A stretch of DNA of 64,000 nucleotides from the human T2T-CHM13v2.0 reference genome, Homo sapiens. The notes beneath the pieces were generated by a model that was not told the origin of the DNA, ran no database searches, and worked only from the letters and a program-made list of their open reading frames with translations. The translations under genes and the position numbers were made by a program. The stretch is taken from the NCBI RefSeq assembly GCF_009914755.1, contig NC_060933.1, one strand, 5' to 3'. This document shows, piece by piece, positions 50,199 through 62,309 of the stretch. Every line of letters starts with the position of its first letter. The stretch's first letter is position 1.

Positions 50199-51787
50199 GC
50201 CTAACCCAAAGGAGGCTAAGGGTGTCCTCTTGGGCACCCTGGTTTTCCATCTTCCTGTGGGATTGGCCAGTATTCAGGGAAGAGGGGACCAGGGCAGCTG
50301 ATAGCTCTGGACTCCTCAGACTGAGTTTGCTGGAGTAACACCCCTCCTGCCCCTCCCCCCTGGTCAGGGAAGGCGCCTGGCTTCCAGCTGTGAGACAGGC
50401 TCCGCAGGACTAGGGACCCTCCCCGCTGGCTGAGAGCGCTAGGGAGGGGGCTTCCCCTGTGAGGTGCAAAACCCGGCCTGGATTTCTGCCCAGACGGCCC
50501 CGCCCACTCCAGGGCCCCACCTTCCCCACTGTTCTGGAGGAAGATCCCCTAGCCGGCCTCAGGCACTTGCGGTGACTCACACCCCCCACCCCTAAGTCTG
50601 AATGTTGAGAGCCCCAGGCTAAGACCACTTGCCTCTGCCACTTTCCATGTGACTGAGGCAAGACCTCCTTGCCAAGGCCTCAGTTTCCCCCTCTGTACTT
50701 CAAAGGAGGCAGCTCAGGCAGGTGTCTTAATAATTTAAACGACGAATGTTGCTAAAGAGATAAGGGGCGGGGAGAGAGAGAGATCACTGTGGGCCATGGT
50801 TAGGGAAGGGTGGAGGAGCTGGGTCCTGAAAGGGTGGACTTTGGTCGGGTGGAGAAAATAGCCAAGAAGGCAGTCCCTGCTGGCAGCACAGCAAAGAGAA
50901 GTGAGAATTAGGGGGAGCAGAGGTGAGGCTGGAGGGGACTTTGGTTGGGGCAAGATTATTTGGGGTCCAAATAACAAGGATGTTCAGACGTATTGCCATT
51001 GTGCTCTGGGGAGCCACGGAAAGCTCTTGAGCTGAGGAGTGACTTGGAGAAAGTTTTTCAGCCAATGCAATAGAGGGAGTTGGTACCTTTCCTTCTGCCA
51101 CCCTGAGTTTCTGGTGCCTACGGTAGGGTAGGGATTGTTCTGCCCTGCCTTCAGTGCTTTGAGTGCTTGAAACAGACACCGTAATTTTAATTACATAAAA
51201 ATGATACGTGTATCAGACGGGACAACCTTTAAAACGTAAAGAAGAGGCAAGTATCCTGCATCACAGGGGAGTCTTTCAACCTGGCTGGGCCAGGGCCTGC
51301 GGAGCAGTGAGGGTCGTTTCTCAGCCCAGCGAGCCTGGGGCAGGAACGGACCCTAATTGAAGGTGACCGTCCCCAAGCATGCGTCCTACCCCGGGCTCCG
51401 GAGAGCGCACAAGCAGGTGTGCACCGTCTACCCGCGCTGGCGGGATTGGGTGCCTGGTGCGCCCTCAGGTCGACGGTCGAACCCTCGGGGGCGGGGGTGG
51501 GAGCCAGAACCCTCGGGACGACCCGTCTGGGGTCCCGGGGAAACTCCGGGCCGCCTCGCCCCGCCGATTCCAGGCCGGGATTTCTCCCGCACTGACTTTC
51601 CGGGCCGGTGCCAGCCCGGCCTCCGGGTCCCCAGCCCCCGCCGCGGGGCCGGCTGCTCGGGGAGCGGGAGGGGGCAGGAGGCGGAGGAGGAGTTTGAGCG
51701 ACTTTGTGGGGCAGCCAGGGCCTCGGCGGCCGCTCGGGCGAGCGCGGGAGAACGCGTGGGCGCCCGCCGGGCTGTCCGGAGCGGCCG

Positions 51788-51802
51788 ATGGGGCCCGTGT
51801 GA
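51788..51802 (+). other. Upstream ORF MGPV* in the presumed 5'UTR
   Basis: ATG GGG CCC GTG TGA, 54 nt upstream of and in frame with the main ATG; G at +4. Confidence 0.6.
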
Positions 51803-51841
51803 GCGCGCCCAGGCCCGGCCCGGTGCCCGGCGGGCGGCAGC

Positions 51842-51965
51842 ATGTCCGCGGGCGGCAGCGCCAGGAAGAGCACCGGGAGGTCCTCCTACTACTACCGGCT
51901 GCTGAGGCGGCCCCGGCTGCAGCGACAGAGGAGCCGCTCCCGCAGCCGGACCCGGCCTGCCAGGG
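51842..51965 (+). CDS. DAB2IP: First coding exon of DAB2IP long isoform (Ras GTPase-activating protein, AIP1); 41 codons + 1 nt, phase-1 donor
   Basis: ATG at 51842 in agcATGt context (A at -3) inside a CpG island. Translates MSAGGSARKSTGRSSYYYRLLRRPRLQRQRSRSRSRTRPAR, then G|gtaggc donor at 51966. Peptide recognised from memory as the DAB2IP N-terminus (continues ...ARESPQERPG in the next exon, consistent with a split G|AG codon). Confidence 0.92.
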
Positions 51966-53166
51966 GTAGGCGCCACCCCGACCCCTGACCCCTAGACCCT
52001 CCTAAGGCCACTAAGCCACCTGATGCCCTGGGATGCTAGGGACCGGGATCCTCCTTCCAGCCATTTGCCGGGGGTTTCCTCATCCGCCCCTTCCTGAGTC
52101 TGCCGGACCCCCCATTCCCCCAGCTTCTGCTTAGTCCTCCTCTCGCCGGGGGAAGCCGAGGCTCTAGGGTCTCCTCTTAAGCCAGGGACAGGGAGAGGGG
52201 AGCCTGGAATCTTTCTCCGCATCTCAGATCAGACCTCCTACCCCACTGTGCCTCAGTTTACTCAGCAGCCGGGCAATAAAGTAACCCAGGGTGGATCTGA
52301 GCTTTCCCACACCTTGCCTTCCCAGCCCAGGCCGCGGACTTCTTTCTTCCCTTTCCAGGAACTTAACGGGCTCCCCACCTCTTGGGTGCTAGGACAAGTG
52401 GGTGGACCTCAGGGAAGGAACCGTGACCCCTCGAGCGGGTGGGCGCCAGCTCCTTTGCAAAGTTTCTCTCCATCAAGCTCAGGAGGCAGGACGAGACGGA
52501 GGGGGAGGTGCGAGCAGCATTTTCTTTTTCCAGTAACAGGATCCTCGGCTGGAAATGCGTGTGATCCCGGGGGCTGCGTTTGGGCGGGTGGTGGCCGGGA
52601 CTTCCTTCCCTGGCTGAGTAGGAGGGAGGGAAGCCCCTGGGAGGAGGAGGCCTTCAAAGGGGCTCTGGGGAGGCTGGAGTCCTAGGCAGAGGTTCAGGCC
52701 CACCGAGGGTGCCCGTGGGGTGGAAGGGAGGAGAAAGACGGCGCCTTAGCAGGGACCTGGGCCGAGTTGACACCATCAGGTTATCTTGAAAGTGGGAAGC
52801 CGGGCCCTGTGCCAACAAATGCCATGCAGGGAATCTGGTAGACCAAGAGGGGCCACATTCCCACCCTGCAGGCTGCCGTTGTGTGACCTGGGCTGAGCTG
52901 CCTCTGAACTTCAGTTTTCTTGTCGGTGTGAGGGTAAATGAAGCAGGCAGGTAGTGTTCGGTTGCTTCCACCAGAATGGGGAAGACTTTTCCCACAGTCA
53001 GGTCTGAGTAGCACTGTGCAGTCCAGGGCTTCCTCAGGAAGTAGTGAGTTCCCTGTGCACAGAAGGGTTCAAGCTGAGGCTAAGTGTGTGCACAGGTGTG
53101 TGCTGGTAGTTCAGTCCTCAAGGGTCTCTCAAAGCCTGCAATCCCCCCACTCCTGCCTTTCCTGAA

Positions 53167-53413
53167 GTCTTAGTAAGTACAGAATTAACAGTACTAAGTT
53201 ACTTAGTAAGTACAGAATTAACAGTACTAAGCCTTTAGTACTCCTTGGAGGGAGTACTAAGCCTTTAGTACTCCTTGGAGGGAGTACTAAAGACCTGGGG
53301 AAGGCTTTATCTCAGTGGTTCAGGTTTTGGTTCTTCTATCTCTGTCCTTCTATTTAATTCTGTACTTGCTAAGACCTGGAGAAAGGCTTAGTACTGTTAA
53401 TTCTGTACTTACT
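53167..53413. repeat. Compound tandem/inverted repeat cassette
   Basis: 30-mer x2 (53169, 53202), second 30-mer x2.3 (53223-53290), perfect 32-bp inverted repeat 53205-53236 / 53382-53413. Confidence 0.92.
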
Positions 53414-54351
53414 CCCTTCCCCTGGACTTGGTCTGGGAGACCGGGAATCTGGGCTCAAGCTTTGTGACTTTGGGCAAGTCATTTCCCCTTTCTGAGCTTA
53501 GTTTTCCTGGTTGTAAAATGGACCTGCCGTATGTGGAGGATTCAGTGAAGAAACTGAGAAATGGGAGCTTTGAAAATGCCCAGTACTGTTCAGACCACCC
53601 TGGGGCCTCTCCTTCTGCACCCACCTCACGTCACCTCACCCACCCGCCCCTCCTTTGCCTCAGAAATGCCCTGTGTGACCTTTTCCTCTTCTCACCTCAG
53701 CCCAGTTCCATCCCTGACTGTAATGGGAGTCGCGCTCCTGTTCAGCTGACCTCCTGCTCAGCTGACCAGGCAGGGGATAATCAATGTGTCAGGGGCTGTC
53801 ACCTGAGCCCCAGCTCCCAGACCCCACATACACAGGATCACTGCTTGTGTCCCAGCTTGAAGGAGCTCACGGCCTGCAGAGCGGGGAGGAGACTGTCTCT
53901 GAACAGAAGTTATATCTGGGGAGATCAGGGAGAGCTTCACAGAGGAGGTGACATTTGGATGGGATCTCACAAAATGGATAGGGTTTCCCTTCGCAGAGGG
54001 AGTAATTGAGTCAGATCTGGGTTCAAGTCTCAGCTGTGCACACAACTATTCTACAGCCAGTTACCTCTCCAAGCCTCAGTGACCTTGTGTGGTCAATGGG
54101 GCTAGCAGTGACAGGGTCATGTGAGGGCCAGAAGCCAGTGCCTGGGACTAAGGCTGCAGCTGAGGGTGAGCTACTGTCTTCTCTCTGGACAGAATGAACA
54201 GACTGCGCAGTCAGGGAGAAGGAAAACGGCTTGGGTATTGAGAATAGAGTTCCTCCTGGGTTTGGGGAGGGGAGTGGATTGGGAAGGGGGCTGGGTGAGT
54301 GGGTGGGGAAGAGCAGGCAACAGTAGTTTGGATTTGATAAAGGGCCTTGAA

Positions 54352-54432
54352 CTTTGGGAGGCCAAGGCAGGAGGAATCCTTGAGCCCAGGAGTTCAAGAC
54401 CAGCCTGGGCAACATAGCAAGACCCTGTCTCA
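54352..54432 (+). mobile_element. FLAM/Alu left-arm fragment
   Basis: ctttgggaggccaaggcaggagga...gaccctgtctca. Confidence 0.8.
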
Positions 54433-55968
54433 ATATTGTTTTTGTTTGTTTGTTTGTTTGTTTTTTTAAAAAAAGAAGGCCTGGAGTGATGAGGAGTTAG
54501 TTACAGCTGCAGCCAGGGTGTAGGGTGGAGGCTGGAGGCACCCTGTCCTCCTCCTCCTTGGTGGGAGGCAGCTAGGGCAGCCATTGCCCTCCCTCCACTA
54601 AAGCCTCAGACGCCTGACTCTACCCCAGAGCCACAACCACCACCTGAGGGCAGGGCCCCACCCAGGGAGAAACTCAGGCTGAGGAAGCCACCCTGTGGCC
54701 TTTGAGCCAGTCCCTTCTGACCTTGAACTTCAGCCTCCCCATCCACATGGGGGCTTGGTCCCATGGTGTGGTAGCATCGGACCTCAGAGGAGTGGGTGGT
54801 GCCTAGCATCTCAGCCTGGATCAGACTCTTGCCCCCACACCCTTTCTGGCCTCTGGCACTAGCAGGGAAGGAAAATGACCAAGAACTCAGGCTGTGTATT
54901 TGTTCAGAAACAGAAAAATGCAAGGAAGAGTTGGTTGCTGCCAGGTTCTGCAGGTGGCCAGGCTGGGGGAAGGGAGCAGGGCTTTGTCCCTGGTAGGGCT
55001 GTGAGTGAGGGACAGTATCTGCAGTCTCCCTAGTTTGACCAATAAGGGACTTAGGTTCTTCCCTTTTCTGGGCTTCAGTTTCCCCATCTGAAGGATGGGC
55101 AGAGTGAGACCTGCTGTGGTGGGGGGTAGAGCACGAAGCTGGAGGGTAGCTGGAGGTGGGGTAGAAACAGTGACCTTCGGAGGGTGAGGGCCATTTGCAT
55201 TTTCCCACTGTGTCCCTAACTCCACTTGAAGGCTGGGCATGTCCCATGGATTTGGGGGGATCCTTTCCCCAGAAGGGTATCATCAGCAAGGTGCCTCCCC
55301 ACCTAGTCACACCAAAATCAAGAAAAGTTTTGTCTCTGACCCCTGTGTTTCCCCAGGGCTGCTAGGAGAAACAGAAATTTTCCTCTAGCCCTGGATAAAG
55401 TTCTGACCCATTCATTCAGCCAGTCAGCTCCTCTTAAGCACCTACTATGTGCTGGGCTTCAGCTTGGGTGCAGGGGCACATGGAGATGAATCACATGTGC
55501 TCCCAGCCCTTGCCAAGCCCCCAGTCTGTTGGGGAGGCCAGCTTGTTGGGGTGCACTAGGGCACAAGTCTCTTTCTAGGGGACAGAGCAGTGGTTAGTGG
55601 GAGGCAGGGGCTGTAGTTCCAGCTCAGCCGCGGACTGGTTGCATGACTGGGCACATCATAGGGCCTCAGTTTCCCCATCTGTCGAGGGGGGTTAATCTTG
55701 CTCTCCTGCCTCTTGGAATGCCTATACCCATAGCCATGAGGGGTTTTGATTATGTTGTTCATGTTTTCATCTGAGTTTTTCTAGGGGTCCAGCCACCTGC
55801 CAGGCCCTGGCTGGGAGCTGGGGGTTTTGCAGATGTTTTTCTCTTGAGATGGTCAGGTCCTCCTCCGTGCCTGTACACACCCCTCTTGCATGCCTCTGTA
55901 TCTTGCCCGCGTGGTGGGAGAGGATGGTTTCATACAACTGGTTCCTAACCAAGAGAACAGTTAGGTAA

Positions 55969-56326
<358 letters not shown>

Positions 56327-57731
56327 TGATAAGGTCTGCAAGAGGCCTCTGGGGCAACAGCTTGGACTTCATGAGTTGGGCGAGCCTGAGAACAGCCCTG
56401 AGGTGGGGGGGTTTTGTGGTTCCCCAGTTTTCAAATGTTCCCTGCAAGGGCCCTAGGCCTGGCTCTCTGCCTCCACCTTGGATGACACCTGTGAAATCAT
56501 TATGCCCTTTTCTGCCTTGTCTCTTCTTCTGTTTCTGCCAAGACACAATCTTTCATTTGGGGCTTGGCCCTAGCCTTTCCAGTCCCTCCTCTCCCTTACA
56601 TACCTCAAGGATTGGGGAGCTCACTCCCTCTCAGGTTGTGTAATGAGGGTGAAAATGGCTCCTTTTTGTTACGGCTCCTGTGTGCTGCGTGCCTGCTCCA
56701 TGCCTGGCAATGAGCTCAACTCTGAACTTGCCTTGTCTTATGCAGTGTTCAGAACAACACTGTGAGATGGATACTGATACTATCCTCATTTCATAGGTGA
56801 GGAGACTGTAGCCCAGAGAATGAAAGCTTTGCCCAAAGCCACACAGCTCAGAAATGGTGGAGCCCAGCTCTGCCCACCTCCAGGTCCTGAGATTCACCTT
56901 GCGATATCCGTGGGCAGGCAGACCTTTCTAAGGTCAGGCCCTGGCTTTGAGAAGGCCACCTCCCTTCACAGCCAATGACTTCACTGGGTGTTCATGGCAA
57001 TTGTCTCTCACAGTCTTGGTCAAAGCTTGGGAGGGAGGCAGGGGAGTGGCCCCGTTGGCATCTGGTTGCCTCCTCCACCTGCCTGGGATAGCTCAGGTGG
57101 GACCTCCCCGGCCTGCCCCTGCCCCCTGGATCCTGCTGTCATTCATGACCTGCCAACCATGCCCTTTCCCAGGGCATGCGACAGGTCTCAGGGCCTCAGC
57201 CATGTTTCTCCACCAAAGCCCTTAGTGCTGAGGGTTCAGAGTCCCCTGGTGTGAGGTCCCTGGAGCCTGGCAGACACCTGAGGCCTAATCCCCAGAGCTC
57301 TCTAGGTCCTCGAAGGAGGCCACAGGCCCCAGTGAATCTGCTGGAATGTCAGCCTCTTGCCCTTGCCTTTGTCCTTCCTGACCCACCCTCATCATCTTTA
57401 ATAATCAGGAAGAGAACAGCTCCCTTTCACCAAGCTGAATGTGTGCCCGGCCCCATGCCAAGAGCTCCCCCTGATTACCTCATGTCTCATCTCAGTTCTC
57501 CAATCCTCCTAGCAGGTAGGGGTTATTGTTGTCACTTTCCTTTACCAGGTGGGAAACGGAGCTCTGGGTGTGATATTTCCTCTGCATTTTCCTGTCGGGG
57601 TGGTGAAATAACTGGTTTGAACCCAGTCCACTGGACTCGAAAGCTCATGCTCAGAAGCCCCAGGGCTCCCTCTAACTTTCTTGGTTGCTGCAACTCAGAG
57701 AGCGCTGGAATGGACCCAGGGCATGCTCCTC

Positions 57732-57802
57732 ATCTCAGCGGTTCAGGTTTTCATTCTTCTATCTCCATCCTTCTATTTAATTCTGTACTTACTAAGACCT
57801 GG
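57732..57802 (+). repeat. Dispersed 71-bp direct repeat of 53309-53379
   Basis: 65/71 identical by manual alignment. Confidence 0.9.
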
Positions 57803-58489
57803 GGGTACAGGGAGGGGCTTGGAGCCTATTTGCCCAGCTGCTGAATGGGGAGGTTGGAGAGATGGATACTTATGGCTCCAGTACCAGGAGCCAACTGTTT
57901 CCCTTGACAACTGGGGAAACTGAGGCCCACAGAGCCAAGGCCACTTGCCCGTGGTTACCTAAAGATGTTAACGAGAAATCCGGGTCTGGAACTCAGATCC
58001 CTTTGTATCCTGTTTCGGTGTTGGTGTAGTTTGTTGCTTTCCCTAAGATGAGCCCAGATAGGGAAACTGAAGTGCCTGGGCTCCTGGTTGGGTCTTCTGC
58101 GGGGAGAGAATGGCGATTCAACTCCCGTGTACTGTTGAACTTGACACAAACACGCTCACATCCCAGGCTGCATACGTGTTTTGCTTTAGAAATGACATGA
58201 AGCCTTTTGACTATTTTTAAGAGAAAGGCAATGGCTGTGATATTTCCCCTGCACCTCCCTCTCGGGGCCACTTGGTTAAATGTCAGGAAAGGGAGAGTAT
58301 TTCCTGGTCAGGAACATTCAGAGCTTGCTGGGAGCTGAAGTTTTGTTTTCCATTAAGTAGGTATTCGGGGAGTCTATTTCCCTCTGCCTCCTCTGTTTCC
58401 CTGGAAGCTTGCGCTTGACAGTTGCAGGGAGGAGGGGTTTGAGAATGAGCAGCCGAGATGCCCACGTATCGCGTGCCCGCTCTAGGAGT

Positions 58490-58510
58490 GGCGGGGTGGC
58501 TATTTTTAGC
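58490..58510. promoter_or_regulatory. Candidate KLF/SP + MEF2 composite site
   Basis: ggcggggtgg directly followed by CTATTTTTAG (58500-58509), a canonical MEF2 sequence; motif evidence only. Confidence 0.4.
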
Positions 58511-59554
58511 CATCCCGATTCAGTAGAGGCATTTCAGCGTTTGTTCAATATTTAATTATCCATCTGAAATTGGCCCATGTGGCCTTCAGTTTGGAAGCAG
58601 CTCTCTGTGCTGTGATTTCCCAGTTGCATAAATAAGGAAGCAAGGGAATCTCAATAGCCCTCCAAATAATAATAACGAGAAAAAAAAGTAGACTCGATAC
58701 TCAGCAAAGACAGGCTTGGTTCCTCGGTCTAGACAGACCACCTGTATGTTAGCAGAGAAGCACCACCGAGGACGCCCATCACGCCCTTGGAAATGCGGCG
58801 GTGCTCAGTCTCCGAATCTCAGATCCACAACTGCCTGGGTTTTATTGGGGATGGGTTTTCCTCCCTTCGCCAGGTTCCTGTGTTGACTTTGACAGCTGCT
58901 GGGTACCTGAGAGGTGGTTTGGGGATTTTGCTTTTGGAAGCCTTGTTAGCTTTTATTTCCCTCTTCTCTTCTCCCTGACAGACAGGAGAGTACTATCGGC
59001 ATCTGGGCTGTGCTATTTCTTTTTCCTTGGCCTTTGGAGGCGATGTGCCGACATAGTTGTGAAATGAAAAAAGGCAGAGCACAGGGAGGGAGATGTTGGG
59101 GCCATGAGGCTCTGCCTTCCTTCCCCAAGCCCCTGGCTGATGAGGGAGAGAGGGGAGAAGAGGAGAGAGTGGGGCCCAAGGGTGCTGGGCAGTCGGAGAT
59201 GACTCCTTCCTACTGTCCTGCTTGGCATGGAGATTTGTGGACTTTGGGTTCGGAGACTGGAAACCAATAAATTGGTAATCTGGAATAAGCTTGGTTTTTC
59301 TATCCATTTACACCTCTATTCTGGGGACACAGAGTTTGGCCTAGGAGCGTGTACAGAGTCCTGACTAGGTCATAAATGCTGTGTGACTGCAGACAAGTCA
59401 CTGAACATCTCTGGGCTCAGAAGCACATGTAACAGATAGATATGATGCAGCATAGGGTGTCATTATAGGCCAGGAGAATTGTCATTATTAGCTGTTCACC
59501 CAAAGTCTGAGGGGTTGCTTGCAAATCAGTTAGGGCTGATCTAGAAAGAAAACG

Positions 59555-60015
<461 letters not shown>

Positions 60016-61706
60016 TCAGAAGCCAAGGGGAAGAGTCTTGGCATAAGGTTAGCAGATGGTGTGACTGGAAAGGTAGGCAGGGTCTTGAGTGGTGAGCAAA
60101 GAGGGGAGAACAGCCCCTGGCAGACCACTGGGAATCAAAGGAAGGATTTTGAAAATAACAGGAATGATAACAGTGATCTCCATGTCTTGAGCACTTACAC
60201 AGCACCAGGGGTTCTTCTAAGTCCTTTACATGCATCCTGCCTTAAATCATCATTCTCCCAGGTGGTGTTATCAGCTCCACTTTCTAGATGAGAAAACTGA
60301 GGCTCAGACTGGTTAAGTGACTTGCTGAGCATCACCCAGCTACTGAGTGGCAGAGTCCAGGATGTTTAACCCTCACTATACTTACCAGAGCTGTGATTTA
60401 GGAAAAGAACTCTTAACAACCCTCAAGCTAGACTGGTATGGTGCAGGGAGAAGAAAGTGGGAAGAGGGAGCAGGGAGGCCAGTCTGCTTCCTGGGGAATT
60501 TTGAAGGAGGCCGGCAGGTGCAGGATGGGGGAAGGCAGAGGGCAGGTGGAGAGGAGCTGGGAAGTTTGGAAGGGCTGACACAGGAGAGAGGATGCCGCCA
60601 TCTGAGGGCCAGTGCTGGGCTCCTGCCACGATCTCTCCCTGGCCTGCGGTGAAATGAGGACTGTAAGGGCATTGCAGCGAGTTTCCCATAACATCCATTT
60701 CACTTCAGTAACCCATTTTGATGCCTCTTTTTTATTCTGAGATGATGGTCTTTGGATTCTTTGGGGTTAGAACATTCCTTTTATGCAATACATAAATGTC
60801 TAGTATGCACCATACTAAATGGTGTTCTTTTTTTTAAACATCTATATTTGGCAAGAAAAGAAGTCAGTGGTTCTGTGTGGCCCACCCTCATATTATGCTA
60901 CTTCATAGTTTTCATTTATAGACATTGAACTAGTTCCTGGAATTCTCACAGGATGGTAGGCTGACACCCACGAAGGAGAAGTCCAGGGGTCGTCCTTACA
61001 GCGAGAGGAGTGGGAGCTGGTGGTGGGATAAGGTGGTGGGATAAGGCCCTTGGAAAGGCGTGAAGAAGCGGGAGGATGAGGGTCATTGAGGGCTGGGGTG
61101 GGGGATGCCCGGCAGGCTGTGGACATGGCTGATGGGCCTGCCTTGGATGCTGATGCTGCAGGGGTTTTGGCACAAGACTGGGCAAGGGGCTTTTCAGGGA
61201 GCAGCTTCAGGAGAAGGCGAGAAAGGTGCTGGAGCCTGCAGGGGATCGATTATTTGGGGGAGAGGAGGTGTGGGGTGCAGAATAGGACAGGATTGGAGAA
61301 GTTTGGTGAAAATGGGGGTGCAAGAGAAGCTTGGATTTCCCATTAACTGTCAATACAGTCATGGTTCCACCTGGTATCTAGAAACCTGTTCACAATTGTA
61401 GGTTTAGCAGCACACAGGGTGGGGTAAGTGTCTCTCCCCATCAGGAGCAGCCTCTGAACTCTCCTGGGACCCTGAGCTTCAGGGAACCCAGGCTGTGGCC
61501 CCCCTCCCCCACTTTGGCAATGCTGTCTGCAGAGGGAAGGGCCGGTTTTACTAGCACAGGGAGTGCTCCGGCTCCTGTGTGTCGGGGAAATTCTGGAAGA
61601 GGCTCTCTTCCAGAAGTTATGGAAGGTCCCCGGGAGACAGACCACCAGTTTGGGCCAAACCCCTCCATCTACATGAAACAACAACAACAACAATAATAAT
61701 GTTTAC

Positions 61707-62006
61707 GGCCAGGCACCATGGTTTATGCCTGTAATCCCAACACTTTGGGAGGCCAAGGCGGGAGGATCACTTGAGGCCAGAAGCTTGAGACCAGCCTGGG
61801 CAAATAGTGAGACCCCATCTCTACAGAAAATTTTAAAATTTTTTGTTGTGGTGGCACAGGCCTGTGGTGTTAACTGTTTAAAAGGTTGAGGGTGGAGGAT
61901 TGCCTGGGCCAAGGAGTTCCAGGTTGTGATGACCTATGATCGCACCACTGCACTCCGCCCTGGGCAACAGAGTAAGACCCTGTCTCAAAAAAAAAAAACA
62001 AAAAAA
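61707..62006 (+). mobile_element. Alu (J-like)
   Basis: Diverged dimeric Alu preceded by (CAA)n. Confidence 0.85.
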
Positions 62007-62309
62007 CCCAACTCCTAAGATTACAAAAAGCAGTAAATATCTATTACAGAACAGAAGAAAATAAAAATCACCTTTAATCCAGCACCCACCAATAAGCTCT
62101 GGGATCACTGGGGGGTTATTTCCAGCCCTTCCCCTTCTTTTCTTTAAGTTTTTGAAAATTCTAAAATATTCTAAAGTAGAACAGAAAAGCATAGAAAATA
62201 ATATTGCAGACACCCACCTCTCAGGTTGAACAAACCTTAACATTGCCATACCTGCCTCTCTTCTCTTTTCTTTCTATCTTTCTTAGAAATAGAAATGATT
62301 CAGGTCCAG

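Larger units (their letters stand above)
51320..52800. promoter_or_regulatory. DAB2IP: CpG island / TATA-less promoter and 5'UTR of the DAB2IP exon
   Basis: Very high GC and dense CpG at 51340-52000, tapering to about 52800. GC boxes (ggggcggggg near 51487), repeat-free, surrounds the ATG exon. Confidence 0.88.

Noticed and set aside
51229-51976. Overlapping 182-214 aa ORFs on both strands
   Set aside because: Stop-codon scarcity in a CpG island; the recognisable protein is in the third + frame starting at 51842.
53169-53290. CRISPR-like appearance of ~30-bp palindromic repeats
   Set aside because: No unique spacers, only 2 copies per unit, eukaryotic context, no cas genes.
54606-55310. 234-aa minus-strand ORF
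   Set aside because: Non-ATG start, includes MIR-like sequence, no recognisable domain or splice structure.
57176-57844. 222-aa plus-strand ORF
   Set aside because: Runs through MIR-like sequence and the 71-bp repeat; no protein-like similarity recognised.
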